A DNA stretch of 64,000 nt from contig JAVJQW010000015.1 of NCBI GenBank assembly GCA_040218735.1, forward strand, positions 1 through 64,000, written 5' to 3'. Origin of the DNA: Deltaproteobacteria bacterium. GTDB lineage: Bacteria > Myxococcota > Kuafuiibacteriia > Kuafuiibacteriales > Kuafuiibacteriaceae. Made by a program: the position numbers and the translations under genes. Below, one piece after another: positions 34,978-44,167 of this stretch. The notes under the pieces are model-generated. The model worked only from the letters and a program-made list of their open reading frames with translations, was not told where the DNA came from and searched no databases. Every line of letters begins with the position of its first letter. Within the stretch, counting starts at the first letter, position 1.

Positions 34978-36384
34978 ATGCGAGTTGCAGTACTCACCGA
35001 CTACCCGGTCGTCGCATTTGCGAACGGTCCTTCTCTCGCGACGCAGTCTCTCAAGCGTCACCTGGAGCTACGAGGTCACGAAGTCACCATTGTCGGTCCC
35101 AAGCCGGGGCGCGACGTGCCCGATGTGGAACCGGGCTCGGTGCTGCTCGATTCCGTGAAGTTCGCCGGCCACCCGGGTGTGCAGCTTCCCTTTGCTTGGC
35201 CGCCGCGTGCGTTCAAGAACGAGCAGATGTTCGACGTCATCCACAGCCACGCCGCCTCGCTGCTCATGCACTGGGGCCCGATGATGCGCGCCAAACACGA
35301 CATCCCATGTCTTTCGACGAACACCGTCTACATTCCGGGCTTCGCGCAGTACACGCTGCCGCAGCAGCTCTACAAGTTCGGCTTCGTCCGGGACTTCTGG
35401 GCGAACGTCCCCACGAAGGCGGTGGAGGCGTCCTTCGCCAAGGCGTACAGCGGCGGCGACGGGCTCATCGTCCAGTGCGCGGGCCTCGCGAAGTACTGGG
35501 AGGACTACGGTCTCTCCGTTCCGATCCACGTCATCCCGCGCCCGATCGATACCGCGATCTTCGGCGTTCCGCTCGGACCGGATCCCTATCGCAGCACCTT
35601 CTCTCGCGAGAAGCGCATCGTCTCCGTCTCGCGCCACGCGCGTGAGAAGGACATCGACAAACTCATCGTCGCGTTCAAGCAATACGTCCTACCGCGCCAC
35701 CCGGACGCTTCACTCACGTTGGTGGGTGACGGCCAGGAGCACGGTGAGCTCGTTGCGCTGGCGGAGGCGCTGGGGATATCGGATCGCGTCGACTTCCCCG
35801 GCGAGAAGGCGCACCACGAAACCCGTGACTATTACGGCCACGCTTCGGTGTTTGCTTACGCGTCCATGACGGAGACCTACGGCCAGGTCGTCTCGGAAGC
35901 GCTGTGGTGCGGTGCTCCGGCGGTCGCGCTCGACGACAAGATGGGCGTCACCTTCCAGGTGCAGGATGGGTTCGACGGCGTGCTCGTGCAGCCGGGCGCC
36001 GACGAGCTCGAGCAGCTCGGACGCACGCTGAACCAGCTCCTCGCCGAGCCGGAGCGCATCGCGCGCATGGGCGCAAACGCGGCCCGCCGCGCGCGCACCC
36101 GCGTCGCGCCGCAGGTCATCTACCGTCAGTACGAGGACGCGTACGGCTCCGCGCGTGAGCACCTCGACCGCACCCGTCGCGAAGGGTTCATGGCCAAGGC
36201 GCTCCCGCAGTGGGTCCAGATGATGAACCGCCACGTCGTCCCGTGGACGGTGCAGCAGTGCCTCCTGGTCGCGCTCGGCTCCGTGCGCGGGCGCGCGAAG
36301 CTCGACAAGTACGCGATCCCCACGCAGCGGATCGACGCGCTCCCCGCGCGCACGGAGACCGTGGCGCAGGAGTTCGCGGCCTAG
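34978..36384 (+). CDS. GT4-family glycosyltransferase
   Basis: MRVAVLTDY..NG, LVGDG and ETYGQVVSEA motifs. Confidence 0.9.
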   Translation: MRVAVLTDYPVVAFANGPSLATQSLKRHLELRGHEVTIVGPKPGRDVPDVEPGSVLLDSVKFAGHPGVQLPFAWPPRAFKNEQMFDVIHSHAASLLMHWGPMMRAKHDIPCLSTNTVYIPGFAQYTLPQQLYKFGFVRDFWANVPTKAVEASFAKAYSGGDGLIVQCAGLAKYWEDYGLSVPIHVIPRPIDTAIFGVPLGPDPYRSTFSREKRIVSVSRHAREKDIDKLIVAFKQYVLPRHPDASLTLVGDGQEHGELVALAEALGISDRVDFPGEKAHHETRDYYGHASVFAYASMTETYGQVVSEALWCGAPAVALDDKMGVTFQVQDGFDGVLVQPGADELEQLGRTLNQLLAEPERIARMGANAARRARTRVAPQVIYRQYEDAYGSAREHLDRTRREGFMAKALPQWVQMMNRHVVPWTVQQCLLVALGSVRGRAKLDKYAIPTQRIDALPARTETVAQEFAA

Positions 36385-37046
36385 AGCTCTGCCTTCAGCG
36401 TCGCCCAGATGCGCTCGGCGACGAGCGCCATGCCTTCCTTCGTCGGGTGGATGCCGTCGGGCTGATTGAGCTCCGGTCGTCCGGCGACGTCCGCGAGCGG
36501 GAAGGGAATCAGCGTGATCTTCTTGCTCGCCGCCACGCGCGCGAAGATCGCCTCGTAGTCTTCGCGGTACGCCTCGCCCATGTTGGGGAACGTCTTCATC
36601 GACCACAGGAGGATCTTCGCGTCCGGTACCTTCGCGCGCGTCGCGTCCACGATCTTCTCGAGGTTCGATTCGATGGACGCGATGGGTTGTCCGCGCATCG
36701 CGTCGTTCGAACCCAGCCCGATCACCAGCACCTTCAGCCGAACCGCGTCGCGCAGGTACCAGTCCAGGCGCGTGAGGCCCCCCGCGGTGGTGTCGCCGGA
36801 GCGGCCGGCGTTGATCACCCGGTAGTCGAGGCCGGCGGCCTCCACGCGCTCCGCGATCTTCGCGGGTACCGCGTCCGCCTCGGCCAGGCCGCGCCCCGCG
36901 GTGAGGCTGTCCCCGAGGAACACGATCGCAGGTGATTCACGTACGCCGGCGTCGCGCGGAGGCGGCGCCTTGGCGGGCTTCGCCGTGCAGCCCGTCGCGA
37001 GTAGGAGCATCAGGATCCGGACCTTCACCGCCGTCGATAGTGCCAT
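36381..37046 (-). CDS. tesA: SGNH/GDSL arylesterase lipoprotein (TesA-like)
   Basis: GDSLTAG, NAGRSGDTT, LGSND and DGIHP blocks; divergent from ybbA/ybbP-like genes. Confidence 0.88.
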   Translation of the reverse strand: MALSTAVKVRILMLLLATGCTAKPAKAPPPRDAGVRESPAIVFLGDSLTAGRGLAEADAVPAKIAERVEAAGLDYRVINAGRSGDTTAGGLTRLDWYLRDAVRLKVLVIGLGSNDAMRGQPIASIESNLEKIVDATRAKVPDAKILLWSMKTFPNMGEAYREDYEAIFARVAASKKITLIPFPLADVAGRPELNQPDGIHPTKEGMALVAERIWATLKAEL

Positions 37047-37143
37047 CGCGCGGCCCTCGTCGGCACCGATACGTGGAAATGTCACGCCGCGCGGGAAGGC
37101 ATCCCTTGAACGCCGGGTTGGTCCCCGGGAGGATCCGGGGCGC

Positions 37144-37827
37144 GTGGGTGGACACATCGAGGTCGACGGCATTGGCCGCGACTACCGAGACGGGCAAGCG
37201 AAGTTGACGGTGCTGGACGGCGTCGACCTCGAGATCCACCCGAACGAGATCGTCGCGATCACCGGCCCGTCCGGGAGCGGCAAGTCGACGCTCCTTGCGC
37301 TCCTCGCCGGGCTCGACCGCCCGTCGCGCGGGCGCGTCACGATCGACGGCGTCACGATCACCGAGCTCGACGAAGACGCGCTGTCGCGGTTTCGCGGCCG
37401 GCACATCGGCTTCATCTTCCAGAGCTTCCAGCTCATCGACACGCTCACCGCCGTCGAGAACGTACGGGTCCCGGCGGAGCTCCTCGGTGACTTCGAACGC
37501 GCGGGTGAAGCCGCTGCGCTCCTCGAGCGCGTCGGTCTCGGGCACCGCCTCACCCACTTCCCGTCGCAGCTCTCCGGAGGTGAGATGCAGCGGGTCGCGA
37601 TCGCTCGCGCGTCGATCGTCCAGCCGAGCGTCCTGCTCGCGGACGAACCCACCGGCAACCTCGACTCACGCGCGGGGGAGCGGGTGTTGGAGCTCCTCTT
37701 CGAGCGGCGTGACACGGCGACGGTCGTCGTCGTCACGCACGACGCGAGCATCGCCGAGCGTGCGGATCGTGAGATACGCCTCGCCGACGGTCGCATCGCC
37801 GACGTGATCGAGCGGCGGGCGTCGTGA
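37144..37827 (+). CDS. ybbA: ABC ATP-binding protein (YbbA-like)
   Basis: GPSGSGKST, LSGGEMQR and ADEPTGNLD motifs; synteny with tesA-like gene. Confidence 0.88.
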   Translation: MGGHIEVDGIGRDYRDGQAKLTVLDGVDLEIHPNEIVAITGPSGSGKSTLLALLAGLDRPSRGRVTIDGVTITELDEDALSRFRGRHIGFIFQSFQLIDTLTAVENVRVPAELLGDFERAGEAAALLERVGLGHRLTHFPSQLSGGEMQRVAIARASIVQPSVLLADEPTGNLDSRAGERVLELLFERRDTATVVVVTHDASIAERADREIRLADGRIADVIERRAS

Positions 37828-40385
37828 GGGCAACGACCGCGATCGCGCTCGCGGTCGCCGAGACACGTCGCGCTCGCGGCGCGCTCGCGTTCTGCATCGG
37901 CTCCGTCGCGGTCGGCGTGTTCGGGATGACCGCCGTCGGCGCGGTCACCGAGAGCCTCGACGCCGGCCTCGACGAAGAGACCAAGGCGGTGTTCGGGGCG
38001 GACCTGGAGATCTCCTCGAACCAACCGCTCACCACGAGCACCGTCGCGCGCACGTTCACCCAGGACCTCGTCGCAAAGGGCGCGCGGTCCGCGGAGCTCG
38101 CGCGCTTCTACTCGATGCTCACGCCGAACGCAGGCGAGGGCACGCAGCTCGTTCGTGTGCACGGTGTCGGGGACGGCTTCCCGTTCTTCGGTGAGATCCC
38201 GACCGAGCCGCCCGGCGCGTACGCGACGTTGACCGCGACGCCCTCCGTCGTCATCGACGAGGTCACCGCGCGCTCCCTCGGCCTGGAGGTCGGCGATCGC
38301 GCGCAGCTCGGGAAGCTCGATGTCGTCGTCGTCGGCCAGCTCGTCGACAAGGCCGGCACGCCGGCGGCGGAGTTCTCTTTGGCGCCCCCGATCTACGTGC
38401 ACCACCGCTTCCTCGAAGCGACGGGCCTCCTCGCGCGCGGGAGCCGGATGCGCTACCGGCGCATGTTCGCGCTCCCCGACGGTCTCGACGGCGAGACGCT
38501 GAAGGCCGAACACTTCGACGCCGCGATCGCCGAGCACGTCACGATTCGAACCTCGCGCGAGGCGGCCTCGCGCGTCCGACGTTTCGTGGATCGACTCGGC
38601 GCCTTCCTCACGATCATGGGGCTGATCACCCTCCTGCTCGGTGCGCTCGGGATCGGCTCGGCGATGAACGCATTCGTGCGCGGCAAGCTCGACCACGCGG
38701 CGATCCTCCGGTGCGTCGGCGCGCGCCCCCGCGACGTGTTCGTCGTCTACTTCGTGCTCGCCATGATCGTCGCCGGCGTCGGCTGTTCGATCGGGGTCGT
38801 TTGCGGGAGCCTCCTCCCGGCGATGTTCTCCGGCCTCGCCGAGTCGATCGGCGGCGCGTACCTCCCGACGCACGTCACACTCGCGCCGAGTACGTCCGCC
38901 GCGATCCGCGCCGCGTTCGCCGGCCTGCTCGCGACCGCGGTCTTCACGCTGCAGCCGATGTGGCGAATCGCGAACGTGAAGCCGATGACGGTCCTGCGCC
39001 GCGACACGGAGGGCCTGGGAGCGCTCGGGTGGCGTCGGCGCATCACGTCGTTCGTCGGGTTCGCGGTGGCGTTCGGCTTCGTGCTGTTGTTGTCGGCGGC
39101 TCAGACCGCGTCGCTGACGCTCGCCGCATGGTTCACGGGCGCCATCGCGGCCTCCGTTGTCCTCCTCGCGGTCGTCGCCTGGCTCCTCGTACGCCTGTCA
39201 AAGGTGCTCGCTCGCCACGTACCGAGCTACGCCGTCCGCCAGGGCATCGCGAACCTGCATCGACCGGGGAACCAGACGCAGAGCGTGGTGGTCGCGGTCG
39301 GCGTCGGCTTCCTCCTCCTCGCGAGCATCCTGATCATCCAGGCGTCGATGCGTGCCTCGATCGCGATCGACCAGCAGAAGGACCTCCCCAACGTCTTCAT
39401 CGTCGACATCCAGCCCGATCAGGAGGCCGAGATCCGCGCCGCGCTCACCGCGCTCGACGCGGCGGACGAGAACTTCGCCCCGATGATCTCGGCGCGCCTC
39501 CGCGCGGTCGACGGCGTGCCGGTCGACAAGTCCAAGGTCGAACGGGACGCCCGACAGCGCACGTTCGAGGACCGGATGACCACGCGCGAGTACTTCGTGA
39601 CGTACCGCGAGACGACGGCGGCGAACGAGGAGGTCGTCGATGGCACCTTCTGGATCGGGCGTCCGGAGCGGCAAGAGGTCTCCCTCGACGAACGCCTCGC
39701 GGGCGCGATCGGCGCGGACATCGGCGCCACGCTGACGCTCGACGTCCAGGGCCTCCCGCTCGACGCCACCGTCACCAGCCTCCGCCGCATCCGCTGGCAG
39801 GCCCTCACGCCGAACGCACTCGTCGTGCTCTCCCCTGGCGACATCGAGAACGCGCCGAAGATGTTCGTAGCGTCCGCGCGCCTGCCGAGCGCCGATGCAC
39901 GCTTCGAGCTCCAGCGCCGCCTCGCGACGCGGTTCCCGAACCTCTCCGTCGTCGACATCACCGCCGCGGCCGAGACCGTGGTCGGGCTCCTCGAACAGAT
40001 CTCCATCGTGTTCACGGCGCTCGGGTTCCTCGCGGTCGTGACGGGCGCGATCATCCTCGGCGGCGCGATCGCCGCGGGGCGCGCACGTCGCGAGCGAGAA
40101 GCGATGTTGCTCAAGGTCCTCGGCGCCTCCCGCGCCGCGCTCCGACGCGTCCTCGTCGCCGAGTACGCGAGCCTCGCGGTGTTCGGCGTCGGCGCCGGGT
40201 GGGTGCTCGCGGAGCTCGTCAATCGCATCGCGCTCCCCGCGCTGTTCGAGGTTCCGGCCGTCGTGCCCTACGGGAGCCTCGTGCCGATCGCCGTCGCCAC
40301 CGTCACGCTGGAGACGTTGGTCGGCGCGCTGATCGGGCGCAGCGTCTTCGCGAAGGCCCCCCTCGACGTCCTGCGCGGCCCCTAA
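37824..40385 (+). CDS. ybbP: FtsX-like ABC permease (YbbP-like)
   Basis: Two FtsX halves, PNVFIVDIQPDQ and LKVLGA motifs. Confidence 0.85.
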   Translation: MRATTAIALAVAETRRARGALAFCIGSVAVGVFGMTAVGAVTESLDAGLDEETKAVFGADLEISSNQPLTTSTVARTFTQDLVAKGARSAELARFYSMLTPNAGEGTQLVRVHGVGDGFPFFGEIPTEPPGAYATLTATPSVVIDEVTARSLGLEVGDRAQLGKLDVVVVGQLVDKAGTPAAEFSLAPPIYVHHRFLEATGLLARGSRMRYRRMFALPDGLDGETLKAEHFDAAIAEHVTIRTSREAASRVRRFVDRLGAFLTIMGLITLLLGALGIGSAMNAFVRGKLDHAAILRCVGARPRDVFVVYFVLAMIVAGVGCSIGVVCGSLLPAMFSGLAESIGGAYLPTHVTLAPSTSAAIRAAFAGLLATAVFTLQPMWRIANVKPMTVLRRDTEGLGALGWRRRITSFVGFAVAFGFVLLLSAAQTASLTLAAWFTGAIAASVVLLAVVAWLLVRLSKVLARHVPSYAVRQGIANLHRPGNQTQSVVVAVGVGFLLLASILIIQASMRASIAIDQQKDLPNVFIVDIQPDQEAEIRAALTALDAADENFAPMISARLRAVDGVPVDKSKVERDARQRTFEDRMTTREYFVTYRETTAANEEVVDGTFWIGRPERQEVSLDERLAGAIGADIGATLTLDVQGLPLDATVTSLRRIRWQALTPNALVVLSPGDIENAPKMFVASARLPSADARFELQRRLATRFPNLSVVDITAAAETVVGLLEQISIVFTALGFLAVVTGAIILGGAIAAGRARREREAMLLKVLGASRAALRRVLVAEYASLAVFGVGAGWVLAELVNRIALPALFEVPAVVPYGSLVPIAVATVTLETLVGALIGRSVFAKAPLDVLRGP

Positions 40386-40411
40386 GATTCCCAGACTTCG
40401 AGTCTCGCCAC

Positions 40412-40597
40412 CTACCAAGCTCGCTCGAGGAAGCTCGGCGGCAACGTCTCGTCGATGGCGAGCAGCGCCCTCAGCTCCCGCTCCAGCGCGGGCGCGCCCT
40501 CACACTCCGCCGTGATCCGTTTGTCTCGGGCCTCGGGCGGCAGCTCGCGGACGACGTGGAAGAGCTCGTAGAGGCGGGGCCACAGCTGTTCGGGCAT
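40412..40597 (-). pseudogene. Stand-alone or truncated N-terminal domain of an ECF-associated Ser/Thr kinase
   Basis: LYELFHVVRELPPEAR...LERELRALL...SFLE aligns with the N-terminus of the kinase at 52037; stops before any kinase domain. Confidence 0.65.
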
Positions 40598-40624
40598 CGG
40601 TGCGCTGTCGCTACGTCCTTGCAC

Positions 40625-43600
40625 TCAGAACACCGTCACCGAGCGGACGTTGCCGGCAGCGTCGACGAAGCAGCCGCCGCCGGAGCAGCCCGTGGTCGGC
40701 GTCGCCATCGGGATGCGGACCACCGGCACCGCGGGGACGAAGCCCTGAATGGTCAGGGTGCCGCTCTGGCCGTTGAGGCTACCGGGCGCCGACAATCCCT
40801 CGGGGGCGCCGCGGCTCGCCGTGGCTTCGCCGCACATCCAGAAGCCCTTGCGGCCGCCCGTGAAGCCGGTCGCGGCGTCAGGGGGCGTGAGCGAGCAGTA
40901 GCCCGTCGCGCTGCAGGCGTAGTCCGCACGTTCGCGAGCGCTCAGGCCGGAGACGTCTCCGCCGGTGTGCAGCTTCGTGAAGCCCGTGCCTGCGCGGGTC
41001 GGGCACGCCTGTTCGCAACTCTCACCGACGTAGTTCTCGCCGCACGCGCAGATCAGTTTGCCGAAGTCGCCCCGGTTCGGCGCCGTCAGCAGGCCGGTGG
41101 GGTTCGCCGCGAAGCCCGCGCACACCCGGCTGTAGCCGCGACCGATCTCCGCCGACGTCGCCGTCACCACCGAAGCGATCGTGCCGACCGACTCGTCGAT
41201 GCAGCCGCGGTCGTACACGCCACCCGGAGCGCTGAAGCGCTTGGAGACGAACCCGATCGTGTCGGCGACGACCTCGGCGCCGGAGCGGTACGCGCAGTCG
41301 ATGTTCGGCACGTCGGGCTGGTTCGTGACGTCGCTCTGCGCGGTCGCCTCTACGCAGCCGGCTTGCCCGCCGCACGTCACCGCCTGACACACGTTGAAGT
41401 CGAACTCCGCAGTGGCCGCCCCGCCGCTGAGGGCGTTCGCGCTGACGCGCTCTCGACCACCGCCGTCCGCGATTCGGCTGCACTGGAACTGGCTGTGGTG
41501 GTTCATGCCCCGCCACGGCTCGTCGGCGAGCGGCAACAGGCCCGCCGCACCCAGCGCGCACACGTCGTGGTCGACGACCGTGTCCGTGTCCAGCGACATG
41601 CCGGTGGATACCGGCGCCCGCAGCGGACACGCGCCGTCCAACGACGTGCAGCCGAACTGACCGAAGTCTCCGCCCAAGCGACCGTCCGCCTCTGTGGCGT
41701 CATAGTCCGCACGCCGTCGGCGCTCGCAGGCCGTCCAGTAGCTGTCGCGGCCGACCTCGTAGCCCAGGGGGAAGTCGGCCGAGCACCGCGAACGCTCTTC
41801 CACCCGATACCGCCCGGGTCCGGACCCTGCGCCCGGCGCAACGTAGCGACTGGAGTGCAGCTCCACGAAGTGGGCGACCGCGCCGAACAGCACGTCCTCG
41901 TTGCTCACGGATTGTCCGGGTAGGTCTGCGCGTTCGCGTGGCTGGGCCTCCGTCAGGTCTTCGATGCCGTTGGCGTTGAAGTCACCCTCGAGGCTGACGC
42001 ACGCCTTGGTCGTCGCGTTGAGGTCCGCGGCGAAGAGCTTGCGCATCCCCAGCGGCGGGTAGCTCGTGTCGTTCAGGCCGATGACGCTGTCCTGGTCGAG
42101 GTCGTCGTTCTCGAACAGCGCGACGGTCGTGAGGCCCGACGGGCAGGCCGACGTCACCGAGTCACTCGGCGCCCAGTCGACGATCGCGTCGCCACAAAGA
42201 CCAACGAGGCGCGACTGTCCGTACTCGTTCACCAGCTGCACGCGGTCCACGGTTCGTCGGGCGCAGCGGAAGTTCGCGAGTGTCGCTTCGTCCGAGGTGC
42301 CGCCGACGCCGAGCGTAGCCGCGTCGAAGGCGAGCTCCGCGGATTCGGAGATCCACCCGTCGCCGTCCGCGTCGCAGATCGCAGGCAGCGCGTTGACGCC
42401 GAGCGGCCGATAGTAGTCGTCGAGCGTCTCGCAGAAGCACTGACCGAAGGGGTCGCGCCACGGCCAAACCCGCGCGCCTTCGCCGGGGTCATTGCCGCAA
42501 GTCACGTTGCACGAGGTGCACACGCCGCCGTCCATCGACGCCGCTTCCCCTGGGCCACACGTCGTCGTTCGACACCGCGAACCGGTGCCGTCGAAGATGT
42601 CGGCGCAGAACGTCTCCGACTCGCACACACACTGCCCCTCGACGAGCGCGCCGTGCATCGGGCCTGTGCAGCTCACCGAGCCGCACGGCACGCACACGCC
42701 GTTTTCGTTGATCGCGTGGCCGCTCGGGCAGCGCTGGCGGCACTGTGGCGTCGCGCCGTTCTGAGGGTAGTGGCAGAACTCGCCGCCGAAGCAGACGGAG
42801 TCGCCGCACGCTGTGACGTCTTCGCACTGAACCGTGCGCGGGTTCATCGCCCGGCCACCGACGCATTCGCCGCAGAAGGCGCCGCCCGCGACCTCCACGC
42901 AAGTACGGTTGCGCGCAGTGCACGCGACGCTGATGTTCCCCGCCGTCGTCCCCGTGCAGGTCCCGGACGGCAGCAGCTCGCAGACGCTATCGACGTCGGT
43001 GTAGCCGGGCTGGCACGCGCTGCAGATCGCGTCGAGCTCGATCGCCGCACCGGGCGTGCAGTCGCGACGCGCGAGGCTGCAGCCGAGTGTCTGACAGGTG
43101 TCCACGCACGTCGGTCCGTCTGTGGACTCGACGCAGGCCTGGTTCTGGTCGAGGCACACCCGCCCGAGTCGGGTGGGTTCGCCGCCGTCGTCCAGGCAGG
43201 CGTCGTCGGTGGCCACGCAGGCGCCGTTCGCGACGTCCCAGACGTAGCCGGGCACGCAGGTCTCCGGCACGCACACGAAGTCGCCGGCGAAGTCGCCGTC
43301 GGTCGTCGGCGTGCAGAGCTGGTTCGGGAGGCAGCCGAGCTGCGTGCAGGAGGTCGGCTCGCGGCAGGCCAGGTTCGTCGCGTCGCAGACGAGGCCTTCG
43401 CCGCACTGCGCGCTCGCCGTGCAGCCACAGGCGACCGGCTTGTCCACGGCCGGGCACGCTTCGCAGATCGAATCGGCGCAGAAGTTGTCGCCCTCGCAGG
43501 TCGCCTCGACGGTGCAGGGACAGCCGGGCACGTCGACGCTGCACGTCCGGCACACCGTGGTGCCGTCGCAGTACAGGCCGTCGTCGCAGACGTCGCCCGT

Positions 43601-44146
43601 CCCGCACGGGCAGTCGACACCGCCGACCTCGCAGCTGTCGGGCACACACACGCTGTCGGCGCAGGTGAGGCCGCCGTCGCACTGGTCCTCGACGCAGTCG
43701 CAGCCCTCCGTCCCGGGCGTGCAGGCGCCGCACAAACCATCCGTGCCGCACGACGCGCCCACCGCGCAGGTTCCGTTGAGACGGCAGACACAACCGATGT
43801 CGCCGCGGCGGCAGTCGGTGCAGAAGTCGGCGACGCACTCGCCGGCGTTACAGGCGCCCTCCACGCAGCCGCACCCGACCTCCCCGGGTGCGCACGCCGT
43901 ACACAGACCTTCACGACACTGCGTCAGCGACTGCGTCGAGAAGACCTCGTCCGCCTCACACGCTGCGCTCTCGACACAGGCCACGCATGCGCCATCGCTA
44001 CAGATCTGCCCCGCCGTCGCGCAGTCGCTCGAAGTCGTGCAGCCACCCCCCGCCGGGTCACTGGAGCACGCGAGCGTCGTGAAGAGCGGGACCAGCAGGA
44101 ACAGGCACCGAAGGATGTTCTGAAGGTTTCGCTTGAAGATATTCAT
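40625..44146 (-). CDS. Large Cys-rich lipoprotein, co-transcribed with the TcA-like gene
   Basis: TLAC lipobox, many C..G..GC.C repeats, DADGDGW and DFNANG Ca-binding-like motifs. Confidence 0.85.
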   Translation of the reverse strand: MNIFKRNLQNILRCLFLLVPLFTTLACSSDPAGGGCTTSSDCATAGQICSDGACVACVESAACEADEVFSTQSLTQCREGLCTACAPGEVGCGCVEGACNAGECVADFCTDCRRGDIGCVCRLNGTCAVGASCGTDGLCGACTPGTEGCDCVEDQCDGGLTCADSVCVPDSCEVGGVDCPCGTGDVCDDGLYCDGTTVCRTCSVDVPGCPCTVEATCEGDNFCADSICEACPAVDKPVACGCTASAQCGEGLVCDATNLACREPTSCTQLGCLPNQLCTPTTDGDFAGDFVCVPETCVPGYVWDVANGACVATDDACLDDGGEPTRLGRVCLDQNQACVESTDGPTCVDTCQTLGCSLARRDCTPGAAIELDAICSACQPGYTDVDSVCELLPSGTCTGTTAGNISVACTARNRTCVEVAGGAFCGECVGGRAMNPRTVQCEDVTACGDSVCFGGEFCHYPQNGATPQCRQRCPSGHAINENGVCVPCGSVSCTGPMHGALVEGQCVCESETFCADIFDGTGSRCRTTTCGPGEAASMDGGVCTSCNVTCGNDPGEGARVWPWRDPFGQCFCETLDDYYRPLGVNALPAICDADGDGWISESAELAFDAATLGVGGTSDEATLANFRCARRTVDRVQLVNEYGQSRLVGLCGDAIVDWAPSDSVTSACPSGLTTVALFENDDLDQDSVIGLNDTSYPPLGMRKLFAADLNATTKACVSLEGDFNANGIEDLTEAQPRERADLPGQSVSNEDVLFGAVAHFVELHSSRYVAPGAGSGPGRYRVEERSRCSADFPLGYEVGRDSYWTACERRRRADYDATEADGRLGGDFGQFGCTSLDGACPLRAPVSTGMSLDTDTVVDHDVCALGAAGLLPLADEPWRGMNHHSQFQCSRIADGGGRERVSANALSGGAATAEFDFNVCQAVTCGGQAGCVEATAQSDVTNQPDVPNIDCAYRSGAEVVADTIGFVSKRFSAPGGVYDRGCIDESVGTIASVVTATSAEIGRGYSRVCAGFAANPTGLLTAPNRGDFGKLICACGENYVGESCEQACPTRAGTGFTKLHTGGDVSGLSARERADYACSATGYCSLTPPDAATGFTGGRKGFWMCGEATASRGAPEGLSAPGSLNGQSGTLTIQGFVPAVPVVRIPMATPTTGCSGGGCFVDAAGNVRSVTVF

Positions 44147-44167
44147 CGCTGTCTCCGGTGAGTCGGC

